A DNA stretch of 64,000 bases from Paragordius varius (lineage: Eukaryota > Animalia > Nematomorpha). The position numbers and the translations under genes were made by a program. The notes under the pieces were generated by a model. It was not told the DNA's origin and did no database searches. It saw only the letters and a list, made by a program, of their open reading frames with translations. The DNA is taken from contig OZ176056.1 in NCBI GenBank assembly GCA_964247055.1, forward strand, positions 7,998,001 to 8,062,000. Direction: 5' to 3'. Below, piece by piece: positions 25,128 to 38,119 of the stretch (the first letter of the stretch is position 1; each line of letters begins with the position of its first letter).

Positions 25128-27443
25128 ATGCAAAAATCATTCTTGATACAAGGTGGAAGTGGTTATGGGTTTGAAGAAAATATTCTTTATGGCATAATCC
25201 TTGTAATCCCAACTTTAAAATTGTATACCAATTTTCAAAGATCATTAAATATTTATCTTCAATCATTCTTTTGTGGTACTATACTCATCCTGTACCTATT
25301 ATTTTGTTCGCACCGATCCAACAAATTTGGAAAAAGTAACCATTTAATCTGTTTATTAGTTCCTTTAATGCTCCTGAATACATTTAATGTAGACAGTTTA
25401 CGTGGTTGTGCCTTTTCATCCATAATATTTTTTCAAATGGCCATAATAAGTATTTTAGTTAGTACCGTTTTTTCCTTTCAAAATTTAAAGCGTAATAAAA
25501 TAATTATGCATACTATATCGCAAATTCGTCAATTCAATCCCTATAACGTCATTGATGATAAAAATTTTGTTTGGATGATACATATAAGGTTTAAAAAGTT
25601 TTATTTATTGTTCATTCTTGCCTTTACCTGTTTTAAGTATTTATTGCTTTTTCTAGTCATCATTACCATAATTTTACCACTAACTTTTCTGTTGCTTATA
25701 TCGATATCATTGTTATACTATGCATATACCTTAAAAAATTCAAACACCTTATTGCAATTTCGACTGGTTCAAAAATTCTTAACATCATATCGCTTATTGA
25801 GAAGATTTGTCATTTACCTTGCTAATCAACCTAATAATTATGTGATCAAAAAATTGTGTTTACTCATATTCGCTAATTCAATTATTACCCTATTAGTATT
25901 ATATATAGTTTGGCGGGTTTTAAAAGCCAATAATTACAAAATGTCCAGGAAACCGCTGTTGATTGGAATGACTTTGGGGGAATATTTATTTATATGTAGC
26001 ACATTTATCATTTTCCTCTATATGAGTGTAAATATCCCATTTTTTGTCCCGTCTTTTCTGACCCCTGGTCCTTTAACCAGGCAATCAAAACTACTTTTTA
26101 CGCTTTTGTTCGCTCTTTGGCACCCTATTATTTTCATTATAACAATATCCAAAATGAATGTAAAACAAAATCATATAGCTAGCAAAAGGTTATTAGCAAC
26201 CTTTTTATTTCAAACTTTAATTCTGCTTTCAATATATAAACTTTTTATCGGGCAATCGATGGTTGTTTTCATGTGGCAATATATTTTTGATGATTCTCAA
26301 CACAAAATGCATACCAAAGTTTTATTAATAGTCTATTGGGCAATAATGACTACCATATCCATCATATTTTGTTTAATAAAAACTTATAATACTAATTCCA
26401 ACCAACAAAAATCAAAAGAAAAGCAATCATCCTTGAATGCCATGATATCAAAAGCTCTTTGTTCAAAATACAAATTAATTTGCCGTCGTAAAGTATTTCA
26501 TGCAATAATAGTCCTCATTGTGGTACCTGGACTCTTTGTAGATTTACCTCTTACCACATTAGCCACAGTTGTAGCATTCGCTTTCCTTTTGGAATTTGAA
26601 CTTTTTCGTTTTTACATAATTGAAAACACATTTGAAATAAGATCACATCCCAAAAGAAATGCGTTTGCCTCTGTTAATATATCCATGATGCAAAGATTTG
26701 CTATCAAAATTAATCAAGGCTACTTATCGTTTCGTAACGGAAAAGAACAAACATGTAACGGTTTAATACTTTCTCCTTTGTATTTATTAATGGGTATAAG
26801 TTTTCCCATTTGGGCCAATTATATCAAAAGCGTTTTGACTTCATCCATTGATAATTCACAATTTTTAATATCAACTTGGTCTGGTATTATAGCTGTGGGC
26901 GTTGGAGACTCCATATCTGCCATCGCTGGTTCATTTTTGGCCATAAAATGTCATCAAAATATTTCTGACAAATCCCGTACAAGAAATCCTTTTAATTTAA
27001 TCATAAACCATATTTTGATGAAACCATTACCTACTATAAGGAGTGAAAATATAGACAATAAAAAACCCAATAAAACAATTTGTGGTTGTCTTGCTTCATT
27101 CCTGTGTCAATATTTCACGATTGTTATCCTATTATACATTATAACACGAATTAATGCAGCTAAAGTTTTAAATTTAACGTTTATTAATTATTCTCCGCAT
27201 CCAGTGTATAATAGACAATATTTTACATTGGTAAAAATTAATACCAATCTCGCATTTCAAAATTATCCACACAACAGTTTTTGGGCATCAATTATTAAAG
27301 CATCCAGTTATAAATTAATTTTTGATCCATATCTAGGTTTAACATTATTACTAAGTTCTCTCCTTGAGGGTTACACCCAAAACAATGATAATGTTATAGT
27401 CCCCGTTACCCTGTATTATATGTTAAGCGTGTTGCAAATATAA
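25128..27443 (+). CDS. DOLK: Dolichol kinase (cytidylyltransferase-family, multi-pass membrane), single exon
   Basis: Uninterrupted 771-aa hydrophobic ORF with RKVFH, LILSPLYLLMGISFPIW, GIIAVGVGDSISAIAGS, KT.CG and LLEGYTQNNDNVIVP, matching DOLK/Sec59 motifs. Confidence 0.92.
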   Translation: MQKSFLIQGGSGYGFEENILYGIILVIPTLKLYTNFQRSLNIYLQSFFCGTILILYLLFCSHRSNKFGKSNHLICLLVPLMLLNTFNVDSLRGCAFSSIIFFQMAIISILVSTVFSFQNLKRNKIIMHTISQIRQFNPYNVIDDKNFVWMIHIRFKKFYLLFILAFTCFKYLLLFLVIITIILPLTFLLLISISLLYYAYTLKNSNTLLQFRLVQKFLTSYRLLRRFVIYLANQPNNYVIKKLCLLIFANSIITLLVLYIVWRVLKANNYKMSRKPLLIGMTLGEYLFICSTFIIFLYMSVNIPFFVPSFLTPGPLTRQSKLLFTLLFALWHPIIFIITISKMNVKQNHIASKRLLATFLFQTLILLSIYKLFIGQSMVVFMWQYIFDDSQHKMHTKVLLIVYWAIMTTISIIFCLIKTYNTNSNQQKSKEKQSSLNAMISKALCSKYKLICRRKVFHAIIVLIVVPGLFVDLPLTTLATVVAFAFLLEFELFRFYIIENTFEIRSHPKRNAFASVNISMMQRFAIKINQGYLSFRNGKEQTCNGLILSPLYLLMGISFPIWANYIKSVLTSSIDNSQFLISTWSGIIAVGVGDSISAIAGSFLAIKCHQNISDKSRTRNPFNLIINHILMKPLPTIRSENIDNKKPNKTICGCLASFLCQYFTIVILLYIITRINAAKVLNLTFINYSPHPVYNRQYFTLVKINTNLAFQNYPHNSFWASIIKASSYKLIFDPYLGLTLLLSSLLEGYTQNNDNVIVPVTLYYMLSVLQI

Positions 27444-27683
27444 AAATGCACCCTCATCGCCATATCCATCCAAATTAAATTTTATTTTAATTGTAATATA
27501 AGTATGCAAATATAATTTAAATTATTTATTTAATGATATAAATATAAGTATGTATGTGATATATAAATACATTATTGTGTATAATTCTGTCTTTTTCTTG
27601 ATATATAACAAAAATATAATATGTATCATTGAAATTATGTTTGATTTGTATTAAAAACAAATATTATAGTGCCAAAAGTTTTA

Positions 27684-27844
27684 CAGTAGCGTATGGCATA
27701 AAACAACATTAGTCCATAAAAGAATAAAAAATGTTTGTATTAAAAAAACAAAGGGATATAGGTATACAACTAGGTTTATTTTTTAAAAAACACGTTTTTT
27801 TTATTCTTTTATGGACTAATAATGTTTTAAGCCATACGCTACTG
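27684..27844. mobile_element. Short palindromic MITE between the DOLK and TBC 3' ends
   Basis: TA|cagtagcgtatggc...gccatacgctactg|TA. Confidence 0.8.
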
Positions 27845-28090
27845 TAATATTATAAAAAAAAGGAACAGAGCACCATATAAGTAATTTGTTTGTTTGATAT
27901 TCCATGTAATTTACAAAACAAAATACGATCTTCTTTGGTAAAAAATAACTTTTATATGTGATGTGACACTAAGGGTGGTATATAGAGCATAAAAAATTGT
28001 ATGTGTACCTTGTTTAAAAATACTCGTAAAAGTAAGTTTGTCACCATTTTTATCATGACAGGCAATTTAAAAGATTTTATTTATCATTTT

Positions 28091-30962
28091 TTATATGGCA
28101 ATTTTATCGATGGCTTTAAAGAGTTGATCGCATGTCAAAGTTTCAGGTAGTTTGGTTAAGAACTGTGCCGATTGTATAAAATCCATATTCAGCAATATAT
28201 CCTCGTAAAGTTTCAGTATTCCTACACAAAAAAAAATTTTAAAATGAACCAATTACACTTCAAATTCACCCTAAAATAAATTATTATGTGTTTATTAAGA
28301 TTAAAAGTTACTTATATTTTTGTATTTTTTTAAAATATAAAATTTTGTTTAAAATAAAAATAATCCTGAGAAAATAAGCTATGCCATAAAGATATAATTC
28401 ATATTAATGAGGAGTTGGATATTAGTCCGAAAACACATAATTTATTTTTAGGGTGAATTTGAATTGTTCAGGGGTGAAATTGAATTGTAAATGGTATATA
28501 ATATATAATTAAAGGTTTTAATTTTAAATTAATTATGTACAGTAAATTTGAAGTTATACGGACAAAAATTATATATCATGAAAAATATTTTTTAACCAAA
28601 AGCAAATTACTTTCCTTGCTCCTATACAAATTAATTAATTACAATTGTAAAATACATGATGATTGATATCGTTATCAATATATATTTCTATTACATAATT
28701 TGCAAATTAATTAAAACAATGAGTTAATAAAAAAAACAAAATGTAAAAATTATAGTTATCTTTTTCTTAGAATCAAAAATTGTCTCGTTATTTTTACGTT
28801 ATATCCGTGTAATTCAAATTTTACTTTATGTTAGCTTTTGCAAGCAAGGTTAAATATGAAATAATTTATCGCCATACTAAACAACCCTAATTATAAATTT
28901 TATATCAAAATTAAATAAATTATTTAATTTTTTAAAAATATACCTTTAATAATAAAAATACCGAAAAAGTAAAATTACCTAAAGCTGTTTTAAACAAAAA
29001 AGTTTCACCATCCCGTAAAAATATATCCCAAATGCGACAAGTTATATCCAAATGAACCGATTTACTGTATATCGTGAATATCCTATAAATAATAAAAAAA
29101 ATGTAAAATTATTTATATATTTAAAAGTTAGATATATATAGACACTTTAAGACTTTTTCTTGTTTTTGTCCGCGATGACATATTGGGGTATATTTATATC
29201 TAAGAGCTTTTCAATTTTATAAATTAAATACTGTTTTGTAAGTGGTTTTAGTTAAAATTTAATTATCAAATATTGTTCTTCTGTATTAGATAATATACGA
29301 TTTGGAACCAGACAGCTCTTTTAAAATTAATTTATATCAAGTTTTTGCTGGTGAAATGCAACATTAAGGCTTATTAAGAATTACATTTTATCATAATATA
29401 TATATTTAGTTTCAATTATCATTAGCGATTTAAATCAATTTATCGAAAGTTTTTGAGATAAGGATTTGTTAAAAAAAAATTTGTTTATGCCCCTAAAAGA
29501 CTAAAGTAAGCATATATTTAAATTAGGTCTAATACCTTAAATACTTTTTAAAATAATCAAATTTTAAATCGTGCTGGGATATAAAACTACCCCACAAGGT
29601 CATGAAGTGTTAATAAAAACAAAATTGGTGGTCAAAAATAAGATAAAATACCAATCTGTAAGATATAAATCGGGTGTAAAATTGAGATTTTGAAAATGTT
29701 CATACAATGAAGGACAATTTGAGTCAAGGAATTCGGAATATAGCTCAAAATAACGTGCCATCTAACATATAATAAGTATTTATAAATATAATTATTCAAA
29801 GAATAAAATAGGGTTTAAAACCATAAAATGATTAATTTTTTATGTCATTTTAAATGGTGAATCGGCATAATTCTAGAAAAATATAAAAAAAATTAAAGTT
29901 AACCATTGTATTATATTTTTAAGTTAAATGTTTACTAATAATTTACCAAAACCCTCTATTAAAACTTATAATCAGAACCTGTATACAACATTATAAAGAG
30001 GGCAAAATTTTCACAAAACTTAAACAAATATAAAAAAATTTTTAAAATAAATTTTACATTTTCTTGATCTAGGCCATAAAAAGTTTGAAAACATGGTAGT
30101 TCCATTAAACAACAAAAACTTATGAAGGCTGGTTTAAGGTTCATATTGAGGAGCAGTATAGCGGCTATAAAGGACATACCCTGTACCTGAACATAAAATT
30201 TAAAAATGGAATATAAAAAAGCAATATATAATATAAAAAACAATGTAAAATCATTAAAAAATTTAATTTTATTCCAAAAAGTTTATATAATCGAATAAGT
30301 AATAAAGCAACTATATATTATCACCTATAATATTGTACAATATAGTACGGAAAAAAAGAACTAAACCCTAATATAAGCTATGGATTATATGGTAAAAATT
30401 GAAACTATACGGACAAAACGTAAAAATATAAAGACAATTTTTTTTCAAAAAACAACCTTACTTAAAAAGCCTAATTTTTCTCATATAATATATAAATAAT
30501 TGTATTATCAATTTACATATCAATTTTTTACTTTGCAGTTTAAATCAATTATATTTAATGCAAACATTTAAAATGTATGGGTTGCCTTTTAGGAAAAAAT
30601 ATTTGTCCTTAATATTTTTTAAGTTTTGTCCGTATAATTCCAATTCTTTACTGTATATGAGAAAATTTACTATATCGTATTAATTTTTCAAACTAAACTT
30701 TTTTTAGATATAGCATCCGTATATTTTAAATTTAAAACTAAAAAAAATATGGAATTACATAAGCCATTTCCGGATTGTACAGGGTATAAGAAATTAATAA
30801 TCGCTTAAGTGTATTATGATATGGTCCCCCGTCTTGAAAAATGGCAAGGTGTGGAAAAGTTCTACTAACATCTAAATCTAAAAGAAAATTTATAAAAAAA
30901 ATTATTTTTATTACATAAATAATGTAAAATTATAAGGGTGGAAATAAAAAACATTTAAATAA

Positions 30963-31003
<41 letters not shown>

Positions 31004-34000
31004 CGAGCTAAATACTTACGAAATATGTGCATTTCATAATATATAAATATACAATGATGATATAAAACCACCAAATTTTTTTAAAAAATTTAAATTTATC
31101 CTATGCTTTAAAAGGGCACTTTAATAAGTTTTTTTGAGTAACCTCTTTATATTATATCCACATTTCTAGTTTTTAGTAAAAATAACTGATAAATTATAAT
31201 TATAACTAAGGTGCATGCATTTAAACACTCAAACCAATGATTTTTAAAAATAGTTAAAACCACTCAACCCCGATTTCATATACCATTTACACTTCAAATT
31301 CACCCTAAAATAAATTAAGTATTATTAAGACTAAAAATTATTTATATGTTTTTTGTTAAAAATAAAAGATAATACTAAAAAAATAAATTATGCCATAAAG
31401 ATATATTTCATATTAATTAATGAAGAGTTATGTTAGCCCGAAAACACATAATTTATTTTTATGAATTTGAATTGTATAGCACGTCTTAAAAATTCCGATA
31501 TTTATCATTTTATTTCTCAAAAAATTTATATTATATCCTTACTTATGTTAGCTAATGCATTTTTTGTACTATTGGCATCTTGAGTTGAAGCTATATCAGG
31601 GAAAAATGTACAAGGTATAATATCTTTTTTGGTTTGATTTAAACAATCATTCGATAAAATATTATTTCTTGGTATATTATTATTTTCTAATTTGTTATTA
31701 GGATCGTTGGTGGAAGTCTTAGATTCTAAGCATAAATGCGTTGAAATTTCATCATTATTGATATTGTTTTGGGGTTTAATACTATAGTTTTTAGAGCAAT
31801 TTGAATTGATATTTTGAGCAGTTTGATGATCCTGTTCTGTCTCCAATAACAAATCATCACAACAGGCAAATAGTGTATCGATAACTTCTATAAATAAAGT
31901 ATAAAAAATTTCGAAAAAATCATAGAATAATTTATATGCCATATTAATGCATTTGAAAAACAATATCTAAAAAAAATTTCGTGTAAAATACTTAAAGGTA
32001 CGTATAGTAAAAAAATGTTACCATAGAGCGTTAAAGATTAAAATTTCATAAGCTTTTTCTTATAAAGGGGCTAAATATATAATTATCAATCAATAATAAA
32101 AATATTTTTTAGGGTATATTTTAATTTTATTTTTACTACATTACATTTGTTTGACAATAATCGAAAATTCATACTTTAGATAAAATAAATTTAACTTAAT
32201 GCTGAAATATAAATTAATTATACTTATGCCTATTTAACTGCCTGAGTTAACTATACAAAAAAATTTCAAGTTTTTAACATTCACTTTCATATTTCAATAC
32301 AATTATTACTAAAACCATAAAAAATACAGTAAATATTGAAATTATACGGACAAAACGTAAAAATATAAAAACATAAAAAAAATTTTTTTTTCAAAAAACA
32401 ACCCTCTCTTTTTTAAGCCTTAATTACGCTCATAATAAATTACATAACTATAACTGTAATATATGTATTTGATAGTTTTACCAATCAATATTTTGCAATT
32501 AATTTACATACTTTGCAGTTTAAAACAATGAGTTATATTTAAAACAAAACTAACTCAAGATTCAAATAGTATAGTAGTTGTCTTTTAGAAAAAAAATATT
32601 TGTTCTTATAATTTAAAATAGATGTATAATAAACCTGAATCAAGTTTTTTTTCTAAATCCACGTTTTCTATGAGAGCCAAATACCATACACGCCCGCGAA
32701 CACATGGGGGAAGTCCCAGGGACCAGAGATTATAAGTTTTACGGAGGTTTTTTCTAGTTTTTGGAATTTAAATTTTTGTGAAAAATAATGCAAATTAATA
32801 TTTACCAATTCAAATCAAATGTAAAATGTAATAACCTGAAAAATTTATATACAGTAAAAAACAAAAATTTAAGCGTAAAAATAATATAATGTATATTTAA
32901 ATTACAAAATATTTCTTGCTAATATATATATATATATATATTTATATATAAAGCTGACTAAAAAGGCATGGTAGTATATTTAAATATACCATTTACACTC
33001 CAAATTCAGCCTTAAACAATTCAAATTCACCCTTGAAAATTCTACAAACTCACCCTAAAATAAATTATGTGTTTTTTTGAGATTAAAAATTACCTATATT
33101 TTTTTTAAAAAAATTTTGTTTGCAATTAAAATAATACTGAAAAGTTAATAATAAACTATGCCATAATACATTTCATAAAAATGTTGAATAAGTTATATTA
33201 GCTGCCCGAAGAGACATAATTCAATTTTAAGGTGAATTTAAATTGTTCAAGAGTGAGTATTTGAATTACTGTAAATGGTATATATAATCCTACTAAAACA
33301 TATCAAATTATTAACTAACTAAAAAGCTCAAATATATTGATCGTATAAATAATTTTTTTTTCAAACTTTAGAGTTTTTAAATAAAATATATATGTGTATA
33401 TATATACGAGGTATCCCAATTAGGTATAATTTCATTCAACCAAAGCCTAACACAATGATCCAATTTTTCTTCTTGTTTAAGGCGCTGAACAGCAAGCTTA
33501 CGTTCTTTTTTGATTTCTTTAGCTTCTATCGAGATAGATAGATAAATAGTTTATATATTAACAAAAAATTAGTTTTAATATAAACATTATGAAATACATA
33601 TATACATATATTTTGACTATATAATTATTTTGTCTAAGTTAGTTTTATAAAAAACGGAATGATCACGGTCGTATTAATTGATAATGGAAGTTAATTATAA
33701 AAAACAGCCTCTATTCATAACGATATTTTTTCAACACATTAAAGCCAATTTAAACAATTAACGCTAATCGAAAAGGCATAGGTAAACGAAAAAATAATTA
33801 ATATGGTTATTTGTGAACAAAGAGTTGATTATAATATTTTCACAGGTTTCAGCTCTTTAAAAACAATTCAAATCTTCATAAAATTTGAATCTTTTACTGG
33901 CATTTACTGTGATTTTTTATTCGTTACAATAATAATCTCACAAAACCTACCCCTTTTCTTTGATGCTTCTATGAGTTGATTGTATAGATCTGTGTGTTGT

Positions 34001-37000
34001 TCAGCTTCCTCGGGATTTTTTGGGGGTAAATTTCTAAGAATACAAAAAATTTTTATTCATATTTTTTATATATGCGATTGAATTAGATTGATATAGATTG
34101 TAGAATTTAGGCCTAAAACTATGATGTTTTTTGGGTAGTGAAATATTAAACGTTTTACAAAAAGGTTGGATGTGGAAAAACTACGGTTGCTAACGGCTCC
34201 TGCAAAAAAAAACAATTATTGTATTTTCTTTAACTTTGTGTTACAATGGGCCCTCTTTATTGATAACGTTTCTTTGTATTAAATAAAGGTAATAATACAT
34301 TATGGTATAAAACCCCGAAACTACGCAATTTTTCCATCATAACTGTCTCAGGCAGGTGAGTGTTAAAGCCTTCACATGTCCGGATACAATTTAAGTCCTT
34401 ACCTTTTAAACAAAAAAAAGAAAAAAAAGAGACTCTAAACTGTATATTTTATTTAATTCATATATTATTATAGAGTTGAAATTTTTTACGCATGATACAA
34501 CATTTTGTTTTTTTACAATTTTCAAGTGTTGGGTATGTTCATCATCTATCTATATCTATGTAATATAAAAAATCAGTATAAAAAACTTAAAGTAAATCCA
34601 TTTGAATTAAAAACCGGTACTTGACTCCTTTTTAAACAAACACTTTTTTTACAACATCCACAAAATTTGCCAAAAATAATTACGCCAAACTTAAAAAATT
34701 TGAAATTGCTTATAAAAACAGTGGTTTATTACAGTTATATCAATTAAAATGTTTTCATACTCAGGTCTTTGTTCCAATATAAGGTGTGGTTTAAGGCTAC
34801 TCCCAATCCTTACAGGTGACGAGGATTTATAATAATGTGAAGCCAATGAATTGTGTTGATTAGTTAAATGACTGCTACCAAAAGAAAAAAGATCTTGTAA
34901 AATTTTCTTTTTAGTATTTGTGTTATTACAAATTAAATCATTATTTTTATTATTCTTGTCCTCTGGGGTAGGTATTGAAGGCCCCAAATATCGACTAATG
35001 AATAGTCCAAGAAAATTGGTTTTCGAACTACCCCCATTATTTTTAGCTGATAAATTTATTTCTTCCTTTGTGCCCATATTGATTTTATAATTGCCGGTTA
35101 AAGAATTTTTTAATTCGCTATCCAAATTCAAGTCGTCCGCACCATTGTTAGGGTTAATATCAAAAGTCGATGTGGTTTGTTTTACCGAAATATTGGTGTC
35201 CTTAATTTCATTAATAGATGTTTCAGAAGATGTTTCAACAATTTCAACAGTAGCAACCGCAGGAGTATCCAAATATTGTGGGAACTGAGAGGCGGTTAGT
35301 AAACCAAACCTATATATATATATTCGATCGATTAACTGGAAAAAAAGCAAAAAATGTATAAAAAAACTTATTTAAAAAGGGTATATGTGACAGTTACTTA
35401 GGTCGTAATAATAACTTAAATTCAAGATAAAAATGTGATTAATAATTTAGGAATTAACCGCTGGGTCAAATATCATTTTGATTATAAATAATATTGAGAC
35501 TTCATGACCTTTTCACTTTTTTTGTTCGCGATGACATTTTGGGGTAGTTTTATATTGTAAAACCATTGTTTTAAAATTTGTTTTGGTTAAAACTTAATTA
35601 TTTAACATTGTTATAGTGTACTAGATAAAAAAAGCTATATTTATTACAGTTTCTTATTTCTAAAGTCTACAATTCGGATAGCTCTAAAACATAATTAAAA
35701 CGAACAGCTGATATTTAACTTCAAGTTTTTGCCTGTAAAATGCAACCCAAAGCCAAAATAATTTTCTAACCATAGTATATATATTTATTTGCCCAAAGAA
35801 CAAAAAAATGGCGACGAAAAAACTTTGTTTTTGATTTTTTTTATATATTATGCGCCAAAAACACTAAAGAAAGTATATTAAATTTCGCCTAATATGTTAT
35901 AAACGCGTTTTAAGATATTCAAATTTAAAATCGTTCTGGAATATAAAACTACCCCAAAAAGTGAGGTGTTAAATGTATTATATACAGTTAAAAATGCCTT
36001 CAGTTCAACTTTATGTTAAGTTTGCCCCATAAATTTTTTTTAAATAAAATTATACATTCTAAAACCTCAACAATTCGTGACAAAGACAAGGGCAATCCTG
36101 ACCACCATCTCTGATGAGATGCATTGTTTTAAACATTTCCGCTTGGTTAAGGGTAAGAACATTATTGAAGAGGGGATAATTTTTACCAGTTTGCTGTACA
36201 TTTTGATGTTCTAAACAACTTTTAGTGATAAAATTTTGCAAATCATTCTTTCCATCAATGCTATTATTTGAACAGGTAGGAGGAGATTCGTCAACCATCA
36301 TCATAGATGAAAACGAAGTTTGCGACGTTGATTTAAGTGAACTAACTCCACTATCGATTGAAGGCAACAAGGCTTGTTCTTCGGTTTTAGCAAGATTGTG
36401 ATTATCGAATATATCGGTAAATTGGTGGTCTTTGATATTAGTTTGAGTTGATATTTGTTCCTGAATTTGGGATTTAAAACCATTTAAAGTGTGACCAGGA
36501 GGGGAATCTAAAAAGTTTTCTGAGGGGTGAGGTTGTTCGATAATGCTATAAGAAAATACAAAAAAAAATTTAAAAGGAATAAGTTAAGGCTCAAGAAAGG
36601 CAAAACATGATATTTTTCTGTAATTTTATCAAAATTTTAAGAATTACATATATGCTTTTTTATATGCCTAAAGTGGTCAACTAACCCCAATTTGTATTTT
36701 GTTACTGCAACTAATTATTGTTTATGTTATCATTTATATTTTATTTTAATTAAATTTATGGTGGAAAAAAAGATTAAAAAAAAGAACTTTTAAACAATGG
36801 TTATTCGTAAATTTTTAACAAAAAATATATATGAAAGAAATATGATATGGTTCGCTTAAGTAAATATTAATCTTTTAAAAAGTTTTATAATTTAATACAT
36901 GATATAAAGGTGATAAAAAACCCCTTGAAAAGTTATCAGTGAAAAGAATTTGATAAGTGGAGCAAAAATTACTTTTGAGAATTTGCATCAGAATGCTTGA

Positions 37001-37415
37001 ATGCAGGGAAAAGTGAATGATTTCTACGATGTTTAAGATTTGAAGCAGTTTTTGGAGTTTCAGAATAGGTGCGAGATAATTCTAAAAGACATTCACATTG
37101 TTTACATTTCCTAAAAGAATCGCCAAAATCCTGACTTTGATTTTCAAGATTATTTTTGGTAACTTCAGTTACATTAAAATTATAGTTATAACGGGTATTA
37201 AGGCATTCAGATCCTTTTCTGCGCACAAGAAATTTGTTGTAAAAATTAACATTTTTTGATTTAATTGAATGATCTTTTTGGCCAATGTAATCTGTATTCG
37301 TTGTAACATCCGTCAATTGTAACGGATTTAAGGTTAAAATATTGGAAGAAGAATAATTACCTAGAGAAACATGACTGGGCAAAGAACAAATTTTTGATTT
37401 TGCGGCCGAATTCAT
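28091..37415 (-). CDS. TBC1D14: TBC-domain Rab GTPase-activating protein, TBC1D12/TBC1D14-like
   Basis: Exons 37415-36973, 36545-36066, 35309-34761, 34033-33951, 33525-33408, 32752-32635 (1 nt short), 31887-31543, 30877-30759, 30186-30058, 29761-29652, 29082-28979 and 28221-28091. Motifs: [109 protein letters not shown]1D12 versus TBC1D14 cannot be resolved. Confidence 0.9.
28249..28494. mobile_element. MITE family A copy
   Basis: Same TIR and internal body; in the last TBC intron, about 27 nt from the acceptor. Confidence 0.8.
28540..28827. mobile_element. MITE family B copy (TBC intron)
   Basis: tacagtaaatttgaagttatacggacaaaa...tttttacgttatatccgtgtaattcaaattttact. Confidence 0.75.
29151..29609. 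mobile_element. piggyBac-like MITE family E (TBC intron)
   Basis: TTAA flanks; right end aaaactacccca-caaggtcatgaagtg|TTAA. Homologous to 35498-35968, with partial copies at about 9560-9830 (reverse) and 54700-54872. Confidence 0.75.
30392..30653. mobile_element. MITE family B copy (TBC intron)
   Basis: gtaaaaattgaaactatacggacaaaacgtaaaaat...ttttgtccgtataattccaattctttactg|TA. Confidence 0.8.
31283..31477. mobile_element. MITE family A, truncated copy
   Basis: Left TIR tataccatttacacttcaaattcaccc and internal body; right end degenerate. Confidence 0.7.
32326..32610. mobile_element. MITE family B copy (TBC intron)
   Basis: tacagtaaatattgaaattatacggacaaaacgtaaaaat; right arm truncated near the exon donor. 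Confidence 0.75.
32989..33278. mobile_element. MITE family A copy
   Basis: TA|ccatttacac...gtaaatgg|TA. Confidence 0.85.
35498..35968. mobile_element. piggyBac-like MITE family E copy
   Basis: gacttcatgacc...ttggggtagtttt ... aaaactaccccaaaaagtgaggtg|TTAA. Confidence 0.75.
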
Positions 37416-38119
37416 TTCAATACAATAAGCAAAATATCATAAGGTTGATCATAATATCGATCCTCTCGTAAACACGATAGAAAGTTGTATGTTTAGATAG
37501 AAAATTTTGGTTATAATAAATTAAAAATTACATTATTTATGTTACAGCGCATGGTTATCTTATTTTTTAACTTTTTTAAAATAGATAATTATTTGGGCCA
37601 TACATATTTTGTTAATATATATATGTTGATAATTAAAGTTTAGTAGACAAACGATCATGATCAAATATATATTCCTATAGTAAAATGCATCAGCATAATC
37701 ATAGTACTTTGGGTTTTAGCTCTATGAAATATAAAAAAAAGTTCTTTTCATTGTTATACTAGCTAATCCATATCAGAAAATGACAAATATTGCGCCCATT
37801 TTTCTACAAAAAGTTTTTGGAGAAAGCGTAGCTATTTATTCCAAAAATACATCACTAAAATATATCTTAAACTATATAAAAAATTAATCTTGTGAGTTCC
37901 TAAACTCTCCAATTTAACTTCTAAGATAGGCAAACTTTCTTAAAATAAGGGCCAGAATGCCAAGATTGTGCAATAAATTTAAATTTATGCATAATTTTGG
38001 AAAACATTTTCCTTAATTTAATCATTATAAAAATTTTGGTGCTGGGTTTTATTATAATTTGAAGCATAATAAAAACGGTATAAATATAAAGATAATATAT
38101 ACTTTTCTACCTAACACTA

